64,000 nt of DNA from Takakia lepidozioides (GCA_030704615.1 CM060731.1:43648001-43712000); one strand, 5' to 3'. Shown: positions 49,246 through 63,820, counted from the stretch's first letter. Notes: generated by a model not told the origin, from the sequence alone. A program made the numbers and translations.

Positions 49246-51751
49246 CCACTATATTGCTTGTCATCATCGGATAACTAATGTCGAGACCTAACAAGGTAAA
49301 ATACAAAACCCTTTAATTATCACAGAAGGCTGGCAAACGTGGGGTATGAGTTGTGGACTTGAAGGACAACAGTCGTAGGCTAGATGGCCGCGGAGAACAC
49401 CTTCGTTGGCCAAAGGTGGAGGATGAAGAAGACGATCAGGATGAAGTTGGGAAAAATGAAAACTTTCGGTTTTTAAAAAAAAAATTATTTTACATTGCTA
49501 TATCATCCTCCACCTTCAATGGACGAAGGTTCAGGGTGAAGTGGGGGAAAAATGATAATTTTCGGAAGCACCCTGGCTGAGCGAATGTTGTCACCTTCGT
49601 TAGTCGAAGGTGCAGTTTTTGAGCAGGTTCGTTGGGCAAGGGAAAATGTTCGTGCTGACCTTCGTTGACCTTCGTCATTGATGGAATTGAGCTGTTTACT
49701 GACAGAATATGAGCTCTCACTGTGCAGGAAGAGTCCTACATGCTGTCAGTGTGGAGAGTGACACTAGAATGGGCCCTGGGTGACACAGTCCAGGAGGGCG
49801 ACACATTGGAGGGTGATCACATGGCCGTGAAGGGCGACACTCTCATGGAGGGTGGCATGCCCCGCCTGACCATGTCTAGGAGGGTGACACGGCCTAGGAG
49901 GTTACATGTTATATCTCTGTGAAGGGTGACACTGCCTTTCCTCTCTTCCACTAGCGGATATCTCAGTAGCCTCCTTTTAGGTGAAGGGGTTACATGCTTC
50001 ATGCACCATGGGAGCTCATTTGTTTGCAACATTGCCATGGAAACTTGTGGAGACACCAGTATGGCTTCTCTAGCAGTGGTGTAAAGGAGTGTAAGATGCT
50101 GAGATACCCTTGTCAACATCACAGTTATACTTCATTAGACAAACACCTTGTCCTACATTGCTGGAATGATCATTCTGATTAGAATAAAATGACGATACAT
50201 GTGTTTCACTACACCAAACTGAAGATGAACCATGACCATGCTGCAGCTGAGTGGTCCTACTGCAATAGTGACATAGGGAAATCATAGATTCAAGCCATGC
50301 TCACACAGAATTGAGAGCAGCTTCCCTTCCACAACCATAGTTCTTTCTTTGGTATTCCTGTTTCTGAAGAAGTGTTCAAGTTGCTACAGACAGACATGGA
50401 AGAAAGGTGGGCCTTTCTTCACAGAAGATTCTGATTCCATTTCTTTGATCCGTCTGTCCGAAGCGTCTCACAGGCATATATTCCAACATCATCGATCCAT
50501 TTTCCATCCGCTTTGTTATGTGTCGTTTACCTGTGACATCCATCCGCGCGGTTTTTGATTCCAGTGCTTTCTTCTAACACAGGAGAGGGATCTTGCCTTC
50601 TCCTGTTTAGAAACATTCTTCGTCTTCTTCGTTCCATAGGCAACTTGAAGCTGATAGGTTACGTTGCGCTCAATCTCTCTTCCCTGTATCGATCTCTGCA
50701 GCGGTTGCAAGGACGACTCTGTTACCACGATTTTGATATTTTTGGGGATTTGTTTCGATGTCAATTGTTGTGCCGATCCGTAAAACCGGTGGTTGATATA
50801 CATAAGAGGAGTCGTTGCTTGGCGTGTACAGGACTCGCGTTGCAGCTATGGAGGATCATTGGATGTGATTTTGAAACGTATCTGGTAAGAGGCTGGACAT
50901 TTCGGAAACGTGGTCAGTGTCCTCGATCTGGTTGCTTCGTGACTGATCCAGTATTGTAAACTGTTTGCATCTACAATTTTTTTTTAATAGGACTTATCCT
51001 GAGCCTGTGATACCCTCCAAGATGATAGGTGCCGGATTCAACTACAGGACAAAAAAATTGTGGCAAGAGCCTCTTAGGTCTTCTCTTTTACGATGTGGAC
51101 GTTAGGACTATGTGCACCTCCCGACACCTACTATGACAACAGTCAAGGGTTGTCGGCTAATAGGGAAAGAAGATGGATATATCAGCTGAATATAATCGCT
51201 GTCGAGACAGAGTTAACGAAAGGACTCTCACATGTATGTCAGAATGGCCGCAATTACCTGTTGAATCTCTGTTAAACGTCCAATGTTTTCTGTTTACACA
51301 TACAGATACTTGCATGCATTCAAGGTTCATGGATCAATGATTTTCATATTCAATTGCTTGATATGGAAAATTTTAGGTACTATTCAGAGCTAATTCCAAG
51401 GGCCGACGCATATGAGCAAAGAACCAACAGACGGCTTAGTGTGTTTGTGAGAGGCTTCACGCATACAGCAGTACCGAAGTCCTGAAGATAGATACTGGAT
51501 CTCTGTGTGTTGTGTGTCTCAAATAGTCCTGGTGGAGTCAGATTCTACTTATGGTTGGTTGCACAACTGGTTAATTGATCACATCTGTCACAGAAGTTTC
51601 TGGAATGTGATGGGTTTTATAGCAAATACCTATCCTGACATTGACGAAAGTTCCTCTTCTATGTAGATTCAACATCTTGCATCCACTTGAGTGCCGCCAG
51701 GGCTGGTGAAAAGCAGATCTGTAAGGCAGACCTGGACAGGCACATTGTAAC

Positions 51752-54700
51752 ATGCAGGGAAACTGGCCAGATTTTCGGGCCTGGGTGTTTGGTGTTGTAC
51801 CTCCATCATCTACCTCATCTAATCCAGCCTCATCATGGCCTGGGCCTAGTGGCAGTTCTGGACTGAGGCCTGGGCCAGGTCTTCCTCCTGGTTCTGTTTC
51901 TGCTTCCAATCCAGGCCCCTATCATCTTCCTCTGTGTTCACCTGATTCCTCGAGTTTTAGTCCAATTCCAGGAAGAGAAGCGCTGGGTGGGGGTTTGTTA
52001 GCAGTGCTCCAAGCTGCAGGGGGGTTCCTGCGGTCTCTAGGGAGAAGGGATGCTGTCAGCAACATAGAGAAGGGCAAGGGTGCAATGCAAAGGCAAGGAA
52101 AGGGAGGGAATCAGCACCAAAGTAACGTGAAGTTGATAAAGAAAGGTCCAGGAGCTTTGACCACTAGTAGTGTTATCAGTGCTAGTGCTGGCCATGGGAC
52201 TGTCGGCAGTGGATCTGCTTTAGAGCTTCTGAACCGGGTGGCCTCTCTGCTGCGGGGAGGTTGGGGCAAGATGAGGACCCATGGTGCGCTGCCTGCTATG
52301 CTTGCTGCAATATTGCCACCTATTGAGACTTCGTAAGCACTGACCATTCTTCAATAAATGTATTAAGGTTAATGTCAATGCTTGTTAACTGTTATGTGGA
52401 AGCCAACTCTAAAGAAACTACCTGAAATGGTAAATCTTAAGCTGGATGACAATCTTTTGATGTGTTCCATGGACTTCATGAGTTTCCAGATAGATTGCTT
52501 AAAATTCTTGGAGTTTTCTGTGGTGTCAACATGACTGAGGCAGTTATTCCCTAGGGCGAGTGTGATTACTGTGATCACAGGCCCTTCCAGAATCTCCCTA
52601 GCTGAATTTTGTTAGGTGTGCATTCTTGTTTGTTGTGAATGCCTGAAGTTGTTTCATCCCTCTTAAGGGTGTGGTTAGGGCTAATTATTTACTGTTTGCG
52701 GTCGTTATCCTTCCACCCTGATCAGAAGTCCTGTAAGCTCTCAAGTTGTGATTAGGCATGACTAGAAGGAGCAGCGCAATTGTAATTTCTAAGCAGGAAA
52801 TTACAAGCAACTTCTATTTCATTGGATCTTGTATCCAACCAAGTAGATTACTACCATCTCTATGCTCTCATGTCGATCCAACATTACAAGAAGCAAATGT
52901 AAATGCTTGGAGTAGTTTTGGGATAATCTGGCTCAAGTCAATGACTCCAGAAGGGCTCCCTTGCGGAGGGCTGCCAGGCTGAAAGACCTACAGGAGCAGG
53001 ATTCTCTAGAAAGCCATATTCTATACTAGGTTGATTTCTCTGTGCCTCTCTAGTCTCAGGCATCACATTGTCTGTAGGGTGCCATATCTGACTCCTTGGC
53101 CTGCTGCAGGTCTGCCAAAGTGAGACCTAATTCTGTCGGAGATGCTCTTGGAGAGGTCTCAAAGGAGGGAGACAGACATGATGCTAGGGGCTGTGCTTCA
53201 CAAGCAGTGATAGAGGATGTGCGTGAGCTGAGCATGCGATCACTGGAAATGGTAGTGGAACCCAAGACTGGTGTGCATTTCCCTGTCCATCTTTCCTGCA
53301 GTGACTTTGAAGACAAAGCTGGGGTTCCAAGCCCCTCTTGCCAGGTGGTCCTCTCTCATACTTTGCCGTCATATTCTGGTTGCTCGCTTTATGTAGCTAT
53401 GGAGAGGATCAAAGGCCCATCTGTCTTTCTGTCTTCTTTTTTTCCAAATTGACATTGACCTTGGTGTGGGTAAAGGCTGACAAGGAACCTTTCTATGGGA
53501 TTGAAACATCATGCAGGTACTGGCAGGGGTGGGAGCACGAAGCAAAACTTTTGTCAAGTTCAAGTCCATAAAGATCTATGCGTTTGGCTTGTGTAAGTAT
53601 TCTCCCCTTCATCGGGAGCAGACTGTGTAGCAAAGCAGCTGCCCAACTACGTAACATGCTTTCTGGAGAGGAAATGACAATGTTCCAAATGTGTCATTAT
53701 TTTCTCCTAAAGTACTGTCCTTGTCTCTAGGACAGATGTGCGACCTGACCACCTGCGTGCACAGCTTGGGGAAAAGTATGGAGATGTTTCTCTTGAAGAT
53801 CTCAGGAACTGCCCCGACTTCTTGGATGATGTTCTCAGGTAAACAGAACAATGTCTGCAGTCTGGAAATATTAACTGATTAGCAGGAAGCGAGAGGAGGG
53901 AGGGGCAAGGGTACAGGTGTCCACGTTGCCTTCCAGTAGACATGTTCAGAATGGGGTTTAATGTTTTTGGTTTTGCATTGGATGTGTTCGTGAACGAACC
54001 AGTGCGGGTTGAGCATAGGATGGATGCAGCCAATGCAGCTAAAGTCCTTACTGACCAGTGCATGCTCTAGGTCTCCCTCTATTTACGCTTTTGAGCCCGA
54101 AAATTTGCAAGTTGGGTGCAGCAGACATGAAGTGGATATGACTGTGCGGCTTGTGGTGCACTACAAAGGCCTGAAAATGGCCATGGTCCGCAGGTCTTGA
54201 TTTTTCCCCTGTTCATTGCTTGAGTGAAAAATTCTAGTTGGATAGTTATTTCTCTGCATCACATCGCCAACAAACTGAACTTCTGTCATATCAATTTGGT
54301 GCTATGCCTTCTGAAAGAAATCTGGAAAGCAATATCTACTGTATGTATGAAGGTCTGTCTCATTGCTGGAGCCAGCCTTCCAAATGGGAGTAATGCCGAT
54401 TCTGCTCTCCTGTCCCCATGCCCCTGCTCATCTTCCTATGTTGTTATGGTTTCCAAACACAGTGGGAGGCCTATGGTCCAATGAGCATGTTACCTCCAGT
54501 ATGTTAGCTTATATCTGCACTCATGTTGTCAATGTCTCTTACTCCCATCTGCAGCTGCTCCTTGGTCTCTTTGCTAGTTATCTATTGGATTGGAGAAGTC
54601 TATAGGAGTAGTCTTCTCATCCTGCCAATGATGGTGATTGTGGCTGGTTGCGATGCAGTGCCTTTGAGGTGTCTCTGAAGAATCGCTTGAAAAAGGTGGG

Positions 54701-55726
54701 CTCCTGTTTCATGGTCCTGCCATTTCTGGAACTGATGGCACACAACTCCAGCAAATTGCCCTATTTGATACAAAATTTCAAGTGCTCATATGGATGATGA
54801 CTTTCATATAATTCTAACTGTTGTTTGCTGCATTCAGTATCCACTAATTTGGGATCTGACCTGCTGTGAAAGCTATGGCCTACAGATTGCGGGCGTAGAG
54901 GATGATGAAGGGCTGCGCATATTCTGCTCTTACTTGTCAGAGGACATTGCCCTCTTTCAGGTCTGTCAGTATTTCTTAAGCTTGGCACCATCCGACGAAT
55001 ATCCCTCGGATTGTTCCAGATACAGTGTTATTGATATTTTAATAGGGCGGCTATGCACTTGTCAATAACCTGACCTAGTGGGGAGTAGGCATGTTTTTGA
55101 CCTGTTGGATGGGTTCCTCTTTAATCTAATGACTGGATGGCGGGGATGAGTACAGGGGAGCACCATTGATATTCGTTGGCAACCAGGTGGGCGCCTTCGA
55201 ACTGAAAGTAAGTCGATCTATGCTATATCACACTTTCCAAGCTGACAGGAGTGCGTAGGAAATTTGGATTTTCAAAAAATTTCTCCACTTCTCAAGGTGG
55301 GAAATATGCTTTTCATGCAGTTGGTGGGCGTCAAGTTGGAATCATACACAGCCCTCGCCTTTGCCGTAAGTGCTTGTCCTTTCCCTTTCACTTGGGAGAA
55401 AAAAGAGAGAAAGAGAGTTGTGTGTTCAAAGATGCCCAGGAGGGCCTATGGATACAGGAAGAGAGAGTTGGAAGTCGTCTCAAGGGAAGTATCCATTCGA
55501 GAATACGTTTTGGATTTAACCTGAGGGCTTGATAGAGGAACTCTGTTTCCCATGCACAAGCCATTAAATCTGTTTCAAGAAGAAATTCCCAAGACTAATG
55601 GAGGACTTGAATTGGTTGATTGCAGATGCATTTTTCGATATGTACATTGGGGACAAACCCGTCTCGGAATCTGCAAAGCAGAAGATTGGGGAGAATTTTG
55701 CACGTATGCTGCAGTCAAGCGGCTAA
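51752..55726 (+). CDS. Chalcone-isomerase-fold fatty-acid-binding protein (FAP2-like)
   Basis: Exons 51752-52332, 53110-53344, 53517-53592, 53736-53838, 54125-54193, 54659-54695, 54886-54960, 55156-55207, 55321-55365, 55626-55726 splice in frame. Motifs: VVEPKTGVHFP, QVLAGVGARS...IKIYAFGLYVRP, MTVRLVV, AFEVSLKNRL, IHSPRLCHAFFDMYIGDKPVS. Confidence 0.88.
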
Positions 55727-55990
55727 CCTGCCATAGACAGGCTCATTGGTTCAATTGTGACCATCAATCCATTAAATCTCCTGTTTATCATGCCATCAAT
55801 TACGGGATACTCGGTGACTTTCGGGCTTCCCCTGCTGTCAGTAGATTGTCTCGGCTAGGTCGGCTTTCCGCTAACCTGCCACAGACAGGTTCAATTGCGA
55901 CCGTCAATCCATAAGATCTCCTGTTTATATAGGATACTTTGTGACTAACAAACTTTCCCTGCTGTCAGTTGATCATGTCAGCTAGGTCAG
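55721..55990 (+). repeat. Diverged ~150 bp tandem duplication spanning the FAP stop codon and 3' UTR
   Basis: gctaacctgcca(t/c)agacagg...tcaatccat...atctcctgtttat...tccctgctgtcagt occurs at ~55722 and ~55870. Confidence 0.75.
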
Positions 55991-58900
55991 AGATTTACCT
56001 CGTCTCCAGGCTGTAGATGGTGCTGGGCTCAAATCTTGATGTCTGAGGCTCTGTGAGATGGCTGTCTAAGGTAATGTAGGTGCTTTGAGTCTCTAGTGGA
56101 GAGAAATGCCCACCGGTAATGACGATTCGTGTTGAACAGTAGTGCCCACCTCAATGGGGCAGTAGGGTGAATGAGTGAAGGAGGCACTAAATCCAGCGGC
56201 TTGAAGCATTTTTGGCGAGACAATTTTGTACATAACGCAATCAAGGGTCTAGGGATTTTGTTACATCTCCATGGGGACATTGCCCTTGTAGATCACCATA
56301 GCTTGACATTGTACAGATTTCTTCTCAGAATGACATTCTTAAAGATGGCATTTGAGCTCTTTCACTATAATGGACTGGGGAACATTTAGGTTGTTCAGAA
56401 TGTATTGCAATGTGTGCTAAAGGAGGAGTGGGACTTAATGGCAGTGACCTTGGAAGGGCAGTTGACCTGGAAAAGTCTTGCTTTGTGACTGACGACTTGC
56501 CCAAACCATGCCAGAGCACACAGTTCTCACTGCCAGCTAAAGCCTCCTATCATACTCGAACAGGGATAGTGCATGAGACATACAGGGCAACAGATTGGAT
56601 GGACAGCTGGAGAAGAGAGACCGTCCACATGAAGCAGAAGATGGACCAGTATGGTATTGAAAATTGGATCACAGCCAACCCGAGTGGCCATCATTTAATC
56701 TGTCAGGTAATTTGGGCAGAAGATGCATCCTGACTTCGTCCAAAGTTCTCCACCCTCCTCTCACAAGTATCAATTTTTTTCGATTTGAAAGTTGCAAGCT
56801 TGTATACCTTGAAGTACCTAGAAACTTATTGTAATGTTTTTGAGATGACACAAGTCGAGAGAACATTTATAGATGCTTCAAGGCCACGTTTGGCCCAGGA
56901 GAGCTTACTGCTAGTGGGCATTTAGGACAGTTTTGACAAATGGAGGTCATTGACATCTCTGGGGTGTCAGCAATGAAGTAATAGGTGGGCGGATGTTACT
57001 ACTGGTAGGGGATTCGTAGCCCAGGTTTGATACAAATCCAGTGTACAAGGCGTTTCCAAGTCCCGCCCTACTTCCCCCCAACTGTGAGGTTTCTGTAGTG
57101 TACTGGGGGAGGAGTGCCATCCAGGTTTGTGGTTGGTCACGAGAACAGATCGACTACGAAGTGAATATTCCATTTTATGGTTGACATCAATTGGATGCAC
57201 TGAAATGGTTCAACAGATTAACAATGGTGTTCCTATGCATGTTGAGGGGGTGTTGAGTGTCTGTAGTTTCAGTTGTTAATGTCTTTTAACTTGTTGTGGT
57301 AGTATGACTTTAGAGCTGATGGAGTGAAGCTGGTGCCGAAGGAAATTAGTTCCCATGGACTACTGCTCGAGTTTTGTTGCATTTTTCTGATGTGAAACAT
57401 AATTGGAAGCCGAGAGTAGTGGTGGATATTTTGGAATTAGTCTAGAATGCTGCATGCTTTAACACAGGGCCTTTAATACTCCCTTTTTAGTTCTTCAGTT
57501 TGTTTCATCATCTTCTGACATTGCTGTGCCTGGTCACTCGCTATAAGTGCTGTTTATAGGGATCGGTTCTATTCACACCCTGGCATGTAGTCTTTGGCGT
57601 GAGGCCACTCATCTTAATTTGTGGACTCTGAGATCTCCTTTTGTTGCTATGTCACCATGATGCAACTTGAAGAGCGAGTAGGGCCATAATTCTTAACAAA
57701 GTTGTAAATGAGCCCTTTCTCAGAGGTTCTTACGTGTCACTGGCAGTTGTGCACGTAGGGAAGCCTGCAAGAGAAATGTCAGCACTAGAGAACTAGCTGG
57801 CTGCACATTGTAGAAGCAACAAGATCAGCATACCGCTGCCGCCCACCTGGGTTCCGTAGGAGGAGACTCGGGGATGAGGGCGGAAGGTCTTCCTGCCTCC
57901 ACATACTGGCTCTCTCCACCCATCATTTGGTCACCACGGCCTGCACTGTTTTTTATTCTTTTTAAGGGGCTCACAGTTTGTTTCTTTAAAGAAAAGGCCC
58001 CAGAGGCCAAATGTATTGATAATGAGGAAAAAATAACCTCACATGGCAGGCCTTGGAGGCTGAGAAAGGGACCACACCCCCCTAAATACTGTAATGACTT
58101 ATGACGCCCTAAAAATGTATGCAACTTATTAATATATTATTGGTACCTTTATGCTTAAACCACCACCACCAGTAGTAATTTAGGGTCCTGGTTTTCACGA
58201 CCCTCATTTGGGAGGAGTCAAATGTGGCCTTTCAACAATCCACAATATCAAAGGCTTGTTATAGCTTTTAAAATGTTACTGCTTTTACTCTGTATTAATA
58301 TGCTCACTTTATTCACATCACTATCTTCCAAAATTCCAAACGCAAAGACGGCAACGCAATGAGAGTAGCTGCGATAGATAGGTAATTTTACATATAAAAT
58401 TCAGCAGCATAGGTCAAGTGATACAACATCAGAGTTCACAGGTCTATAATATATAGGAATGTACGGTTCTTGATTAACAACTGCCTCGCTAAAACGATCA
58501 ACATATGCGATATTAAGATCCAGGGGCTCGCCTCTATACCACTCTTCATCAAAATATCGTGGACCCCGCTTCCCCTCCCTCTCTTCCCACATGCTTACAC
58601 TGCAACGGTGGTGCTTTTCATTGCCTCCATGCTGGCCCCTCGTAGCTGACCTCTGCTACTGTGCACCCTTGTACCCTCTGCCTCTGCTACTGAGCACTAC
58701 GCTGACATCTTATGCTGGTTAGTCCTACGCGACTACCGAAACACTTTTGGCGCTCCCTATAGTCTATTCTAGAACGTTCTCTTACGCTTGGGCACGGACG
58801 GCATATGGGCCTAGAATGTGGGGCCATGTGATAAACTCCTAGATGTCATTTGCCTCTTTGTCGATTTTATTTTCCCATCAATCAATATAGATGTCTGGAT

Positions 58901-59838
58901 TTACAAGTCCATAGTGCATAGGATTTACAAGTCCATAGTGTCTACTTTCATTGCCTCCATGGTGGCGGTCCCTGCCTCTCCCGCTGGTACACGCCCCGCC
59001 TCTAGTACAGCCTCCCCAACATGCTCTGGTACAGTCCTCCTGGTACGGCCTGCCCTCTCCAGCCCGCCCTAGAATGGTAAGCGGCTAGGCGCATACGTTC
59101 TAGGGGACCCCTCGGAAAACTATGTGCCTACATTGTGGCTTGTGGCGCCCAAGTGGGGCCCATGCCATTTACCACTGGGGCTAGACTGCACGCTGCCACT
59201 TCTATTCGGACAGCCGCTTAAGCATCGGTTGGCCTCTAGCTGATTTGATTTTTGGGGTGTTTGGGGCAGATATTCACTTATTCTTGTTATCTACATTAAT
59301 TTGACATAGTTATGGTTTTGTTTGTTTTGGGGCCCTAGATGGAACCCACTAACTAAAGTAGTTACTATTATGTAGTCATGGTAAGGATAAGCATGCACCT
59401 CATTTTAGAGCATCTTTGGAGGGAGTGGGCCCAACCTTCCAGAAGGCGTTGTACCCTAAGCCTACTCCCACCATTTATCACTTGTCCATTGGGAGATTGT
59501 CATTGGCTCTTTCAATGCTATCTCTATTTTTCACCTTCCCTAAATTGAACTCTGATCTCCTCTCCCTCTTTCCAGCTCCCCTCCACCAGGCCCACATGTC
59601 CAACCATCAAAACCCCCTTTTTCTTCCTGTCCATCTGTCCACCCACCCGCCCTTTCACTAGTGTGTCCCATTGGCAGACCTTTTTTTAGATTAAATTGGG
59701 TTACTCCATTGGGTTATATACTGTGTGAATGAGTTCTCTAGAAAGATATAGAAAAGACTTTTTTTAGAACGGACATCTTGACAAATATTTTAATATATTT
59801 TTACCGGAAGAGAAAAAACAAGCTGCTCGTTGCATAAT

Positions 59839-60011
59839 AATATTTGACACATCCCGAAGGAAGCGTAAATTATGGTGTCTCTTCACCCCCGAAGGGTTAT
59901 TGCCTTCCGCTAGGAAGGTGGACACCTTTGTGACACCAAGTGTGGATTGAACCCACAACCACTTCTGAGGTGGTATGTGTCCATTACCACTAGGCTACAA
60001 CTTGGTTGTTG
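59839..60011 (-). mobile_element. tRNA-derived SINE (173 bp) with 14 bp TSD
   Basis: Minus strand has A box TAGCCTAGTGG, B box GGTTCAATCC, acceptor-like stem ACCAAGT/ACTTGGT and anticodon-like arm ACCAC-CTCAGAA-GTGGT. Direct repeat gctcgttgcataat at 59825-59838 and 60012-60025. Confidence 0.85.
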
Positions 60012-63000
60012 GCTCGTTGCATAATGACTCCTCTTAGTTCACCAGGGCTTCGCGTTGCTCCGCACTACTAGCGACGACTTCTAAGAAGGACGTCCGGACG
60101 GATGGGCCATACTCGAGGATCATGAGAGAGAGTACGGATCATGCAGCGTGCCAAAATGTCGGTCACGGAGTTCCGATTTGGGGGGGGAGGGGGAGGGGAG
60201 TTGGAGGGGTTTTCCATGGGTCGTCTTGGTACAACAAGTAGATTTGGACTATGATAAATCACTATTTTTTTATTATCCGTTGTGAGCATGCATTGGGACA
60301 AAATGTAGACTTTTTGAAGAGGAGATCAAGGAGGACGGTCTTTATAAAATATGGTGGCCCTTACATGGAACGTATAGATGTGTCTAATTTAAGCTCTACC
60401 AAGCTATGCTTTTGTTCTAGTTGTCGTCGTTTGACTTTGTCTCCTCTTGTGCTTTGGCCAGCAGTTTGACCCTTTTTTATTAGAAATGAAAGCCCGTGTT
60501 TCTTGTGACGGAAATTCATCCAATATCGGATCGCCGAAGAACTAAAAGACGCAAAATTCACAATATTGATAGAAGACAGTCATTTCATGTTCGACTACCC
60601 AAATACAATAACAGAATGGTTCGATAATTGGAGGAGAGGCGAGGACATGAGGTGGATGGGTGGAAACAACATGAGCTTCACGAAAAAGCTCCTAAAAAAT
60701 AACGCAAACAACTCTGGCTCGACATCCGGTAACAACAAACGTCAAAAAACAAACAACGACGAGATGTACAATACAATAGAAGTCCTTAACGAAAATGGCC
60801 AAAAAATGGATGGAGAATCCGTACGTTCAGGGGATCCCGTTGTAGTCAAGTGTAACAGTCACGAATCTGTAATTCCCGGTTTTGCCAAGGTAGGGGAATT
60901 TTGCAATACCTACAAAGATTGTTATTTCTTCACGGTCCGAAGGGACGTTCCACAAGGCCCTGTGGAAGTTTGTACTGTAGGGCAGGCGCTTCCATGTGTT
61001 CCCACCTTTAGGGCATGATGGTCATTGGACGTGAAACTGTCATATATCACGTTTGTCATGTCTTGGTGGGTTATTTCCTGGATTTGTTGGTCCGTTACAG
61101 TGTCTATTGTGTCGGCTATTTCCAACATTGACATGGTTGTTGTATGTATGGTGCACAAAGAGAGAGAGAGGGAAGATAAAATGTCTTGTCGAGACATGGA
61201 CAAGACCAAACAAGGTCTTTGTCAATTTGTATGACAAATCAGCCTCATAACGAGGCACTATCAATCACTCTTCATTCATAAACCAGTCTGATGACATATA
61301 ACAGATCTCACAGTTCATGAAATCTCTGGGAGGGGGGGTGGGATCATATAAACATCCGTTTCAGACAAACAGGGACCCAATCAAGGGTATGCTTCATACG
61401 GAATATTAGAAACATTTCATAGCAGGAAAATTATGTTTAACTTGCTAAGTTTACCACCCATTGTTCCCATTAATAAACTGGAGAAGAAGTTCCAGTTTTC
61501 ATATAGCCATAATGGTCAGATTAGAGCAGTAAACAGCTTCTAAACTATTTACACATGAAGGGAATGTCCATACATCTTGTTTTCTGTCCCAAGACCTAGT
61601 TTCAATCTGGGGCTAGTGTATAAATGGATTCAAAAGGTTTTGAGCAGTAAATGATTACTGATAATCACAGACTACTGATAATCACAGACTATAAGGAAAT
61701 CCAGAAAAACATGTCATGGTATATGCCTTAGTAGTAAAGCCAGTCTATCCCAGAGCCCGTTTTAGGTCTTGGGGCAATTTGTATCTGCTCCAGCAAGGTA
61801 CTTGCAAAGGTCACAAACAAGTAGAGAAGGACAGGAACCCATATGGTCTGCATCAGGCAGCATACATGGCCTAAAAACAAAAGATTGTGGTTCCCTATGT
61901 CCTGTTACTTAGCTGCTTGATATCATTCAAGCCACAGCATCATACTAGTACTATAGACCAAAATAAAAAGCTCATGCTGTGCTGTAAAACAGCAAATCCA
62001 GCATCATCACGTAGTGTACAGAAATCAAAGGCAATAGTCTTTAATAGAAAGTATGTGTTCTAATAAAGCTCATCTAATGTATTAATGCTCAACAGGAAGA
62101 GTTGGAAGCATAGCCAGAAAGATCAAGAAATGGGGGCAGATTCGAATCAGCTCCCTGAAGAAACAACTTGAGTCGACTTCACTTCAGCTTGCTAGTTTTC
62201 AATCAATTGCAAGCTTCATGAATCATATTAAGTGAGGGCCCTCACCTGGTCCCATCACATGCAGTCAAAAAACAATGAAGTTAGTGAAGATGTGGAACCC
62301 CGGGTGAATATCAGGCCTCACGCTTGTTATCGCTGTACAACATGCGTTCAAAAAGCAAGAAGAGATCAAAAGCAGAGCAAAGATATTCCACAACCTTAAG
62401 TGTTTGTGGAAGAGGATTCGACATAGCTCCAAGAACTCGATAATCGACAGCACAAACAAGCAATGATGCTGAAATCTACGAGCATTTTATCAGGTGAAGG
62501 GACTTCCTGATGGTTTAAGAGCGACGCTGGATCTTAATGATCGGAACGGCAAGCAGTCACAGCTTAAAGTAGGTTGCCCGCCAAGGGAAGAGACAACCTC
62601 ATTGAGGGAATTGAAGGAGGGATTGAAGCTCGGCCGCCTTGCATACCCCAAGCACTGGAGGCTGTCATAAAGCTTCTCCATAGCAATCAAATTCACAAGA
62701 TTTGTGCTTAAATGATCCCTTTGACACCATCTCTCAGCTCCATCAGAATCAAAACGCACGAGTATCGTGCAGAGTTTAAGGGCGGAGGAAGAGATAGGGC
62801 AAACCTTCGCGATTTCATCCAGAATAGATGAAAAACAGATAATGTAAAGTATTTCCCTGATTCCATTATGATGTCATCCGGTAGTGATGGCATCCAAAAG
62901 AAGAGTCTGGCTTTCATTAGGGTTTAGTTTTCATGACCAAACTCATCCAAAGAACCCAGTAATCAGAGAAATTGCTTTAATGGAATTCCTCCATTTTCAT

Positions 63001-63559
63001 GATTACATCCATTGTGGATTAAAAAAGGTTTAGACAAAATTAGTCCAAGCCGGTCTGGGTTTTGGAAAAAGTACAAGCAAATTCCTTGTACAGAGGGAGA
63101 GGGAGAGAGGGAGAGAGAGGGGGGGGGGGGGGGGGGAGGGGCAGATGAAAGTATATATCAGTGGGTTTTTGAAGAGAATTAAACCCTAAGAGTGCGACTT
63201 TAAAATTAATCACGCTAATCTATAGAACTACGGCTTTCTCTCTCAGACCGAGGTTGATGCTATACCGCTTTGCTGGGAAGTTAGGTGCAAAGTGCGATGT
63301 AACAGTATGTTATATTCCTCTGCTTCACCTGTACCTGGAAGCATCATTCGATTAGGGACCCTCTCACAATCAGTTATTGTTTTAGCAGCAACACCTAGTG
63401 AAGACAAAAGGCCTAGTCCATTGATGTTTGATTCAGGCCCAGCTATGTTGATTTATTGGAATTCCAATAGGAGATGGCCTTTCATTTCCTGCTCACAATT
63501 GTTTTTGTTCCTGTCATAAAACCAGAGAACCTCACATCAGAACATATATGCTTACAAAT

Positions 63560-63820
63560 ACATACAGATCCATCTGCCCTTTTTCAGTGCTCAAAGACTG
63601 GCACAGACATCAGAATACACATGAGGTTCACCTACCAGGCATCACCCATTCACAATCTCCAAAGCCTCCCTGCCACACCCAATACATAAACAGAGTACAC
63701 ATAAGTTCATTGCTTTGCATCCTCAATGCACCCACATTGGGCATACATGTCCACCAGGGCAGAGTTCAGAATGACATCTGGTACAATTCCAGCTTTGACA
63801 ATGTCACCATAGACCTCTTT
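63560..63820 (-). pseudogene. Degenerate PLS-PPR fragment
   Basis: Minus strand gives DIVKAGIVPDVILNSALVDMYAQCGCIEDAK, then GCGREALE and CASL.ALKKG remnants. Confidence 0.75.

Noticed and set aside
58181-59338. Possible TAGGG..CCCTA hAT-like element
   Set aside because: The TIR match is too short and there is no TSD.
59930-60008. Functional tRNA-Leu(CAG) gene
   Set aside because: It lacks the long variable arm, has irregular D and T arms, and sits in a TSD-flanked insert with a non-tRNA tail. It is a SINE.
60041-60071. Helitron-like 3' end (...gcactactag)
   Set aside because: No convincing hairpin or matching 5' TC end identified.
61700-62920. Degenerate minus-strand coding remnant
   Set aside because: Multiple stops and no family recognised.
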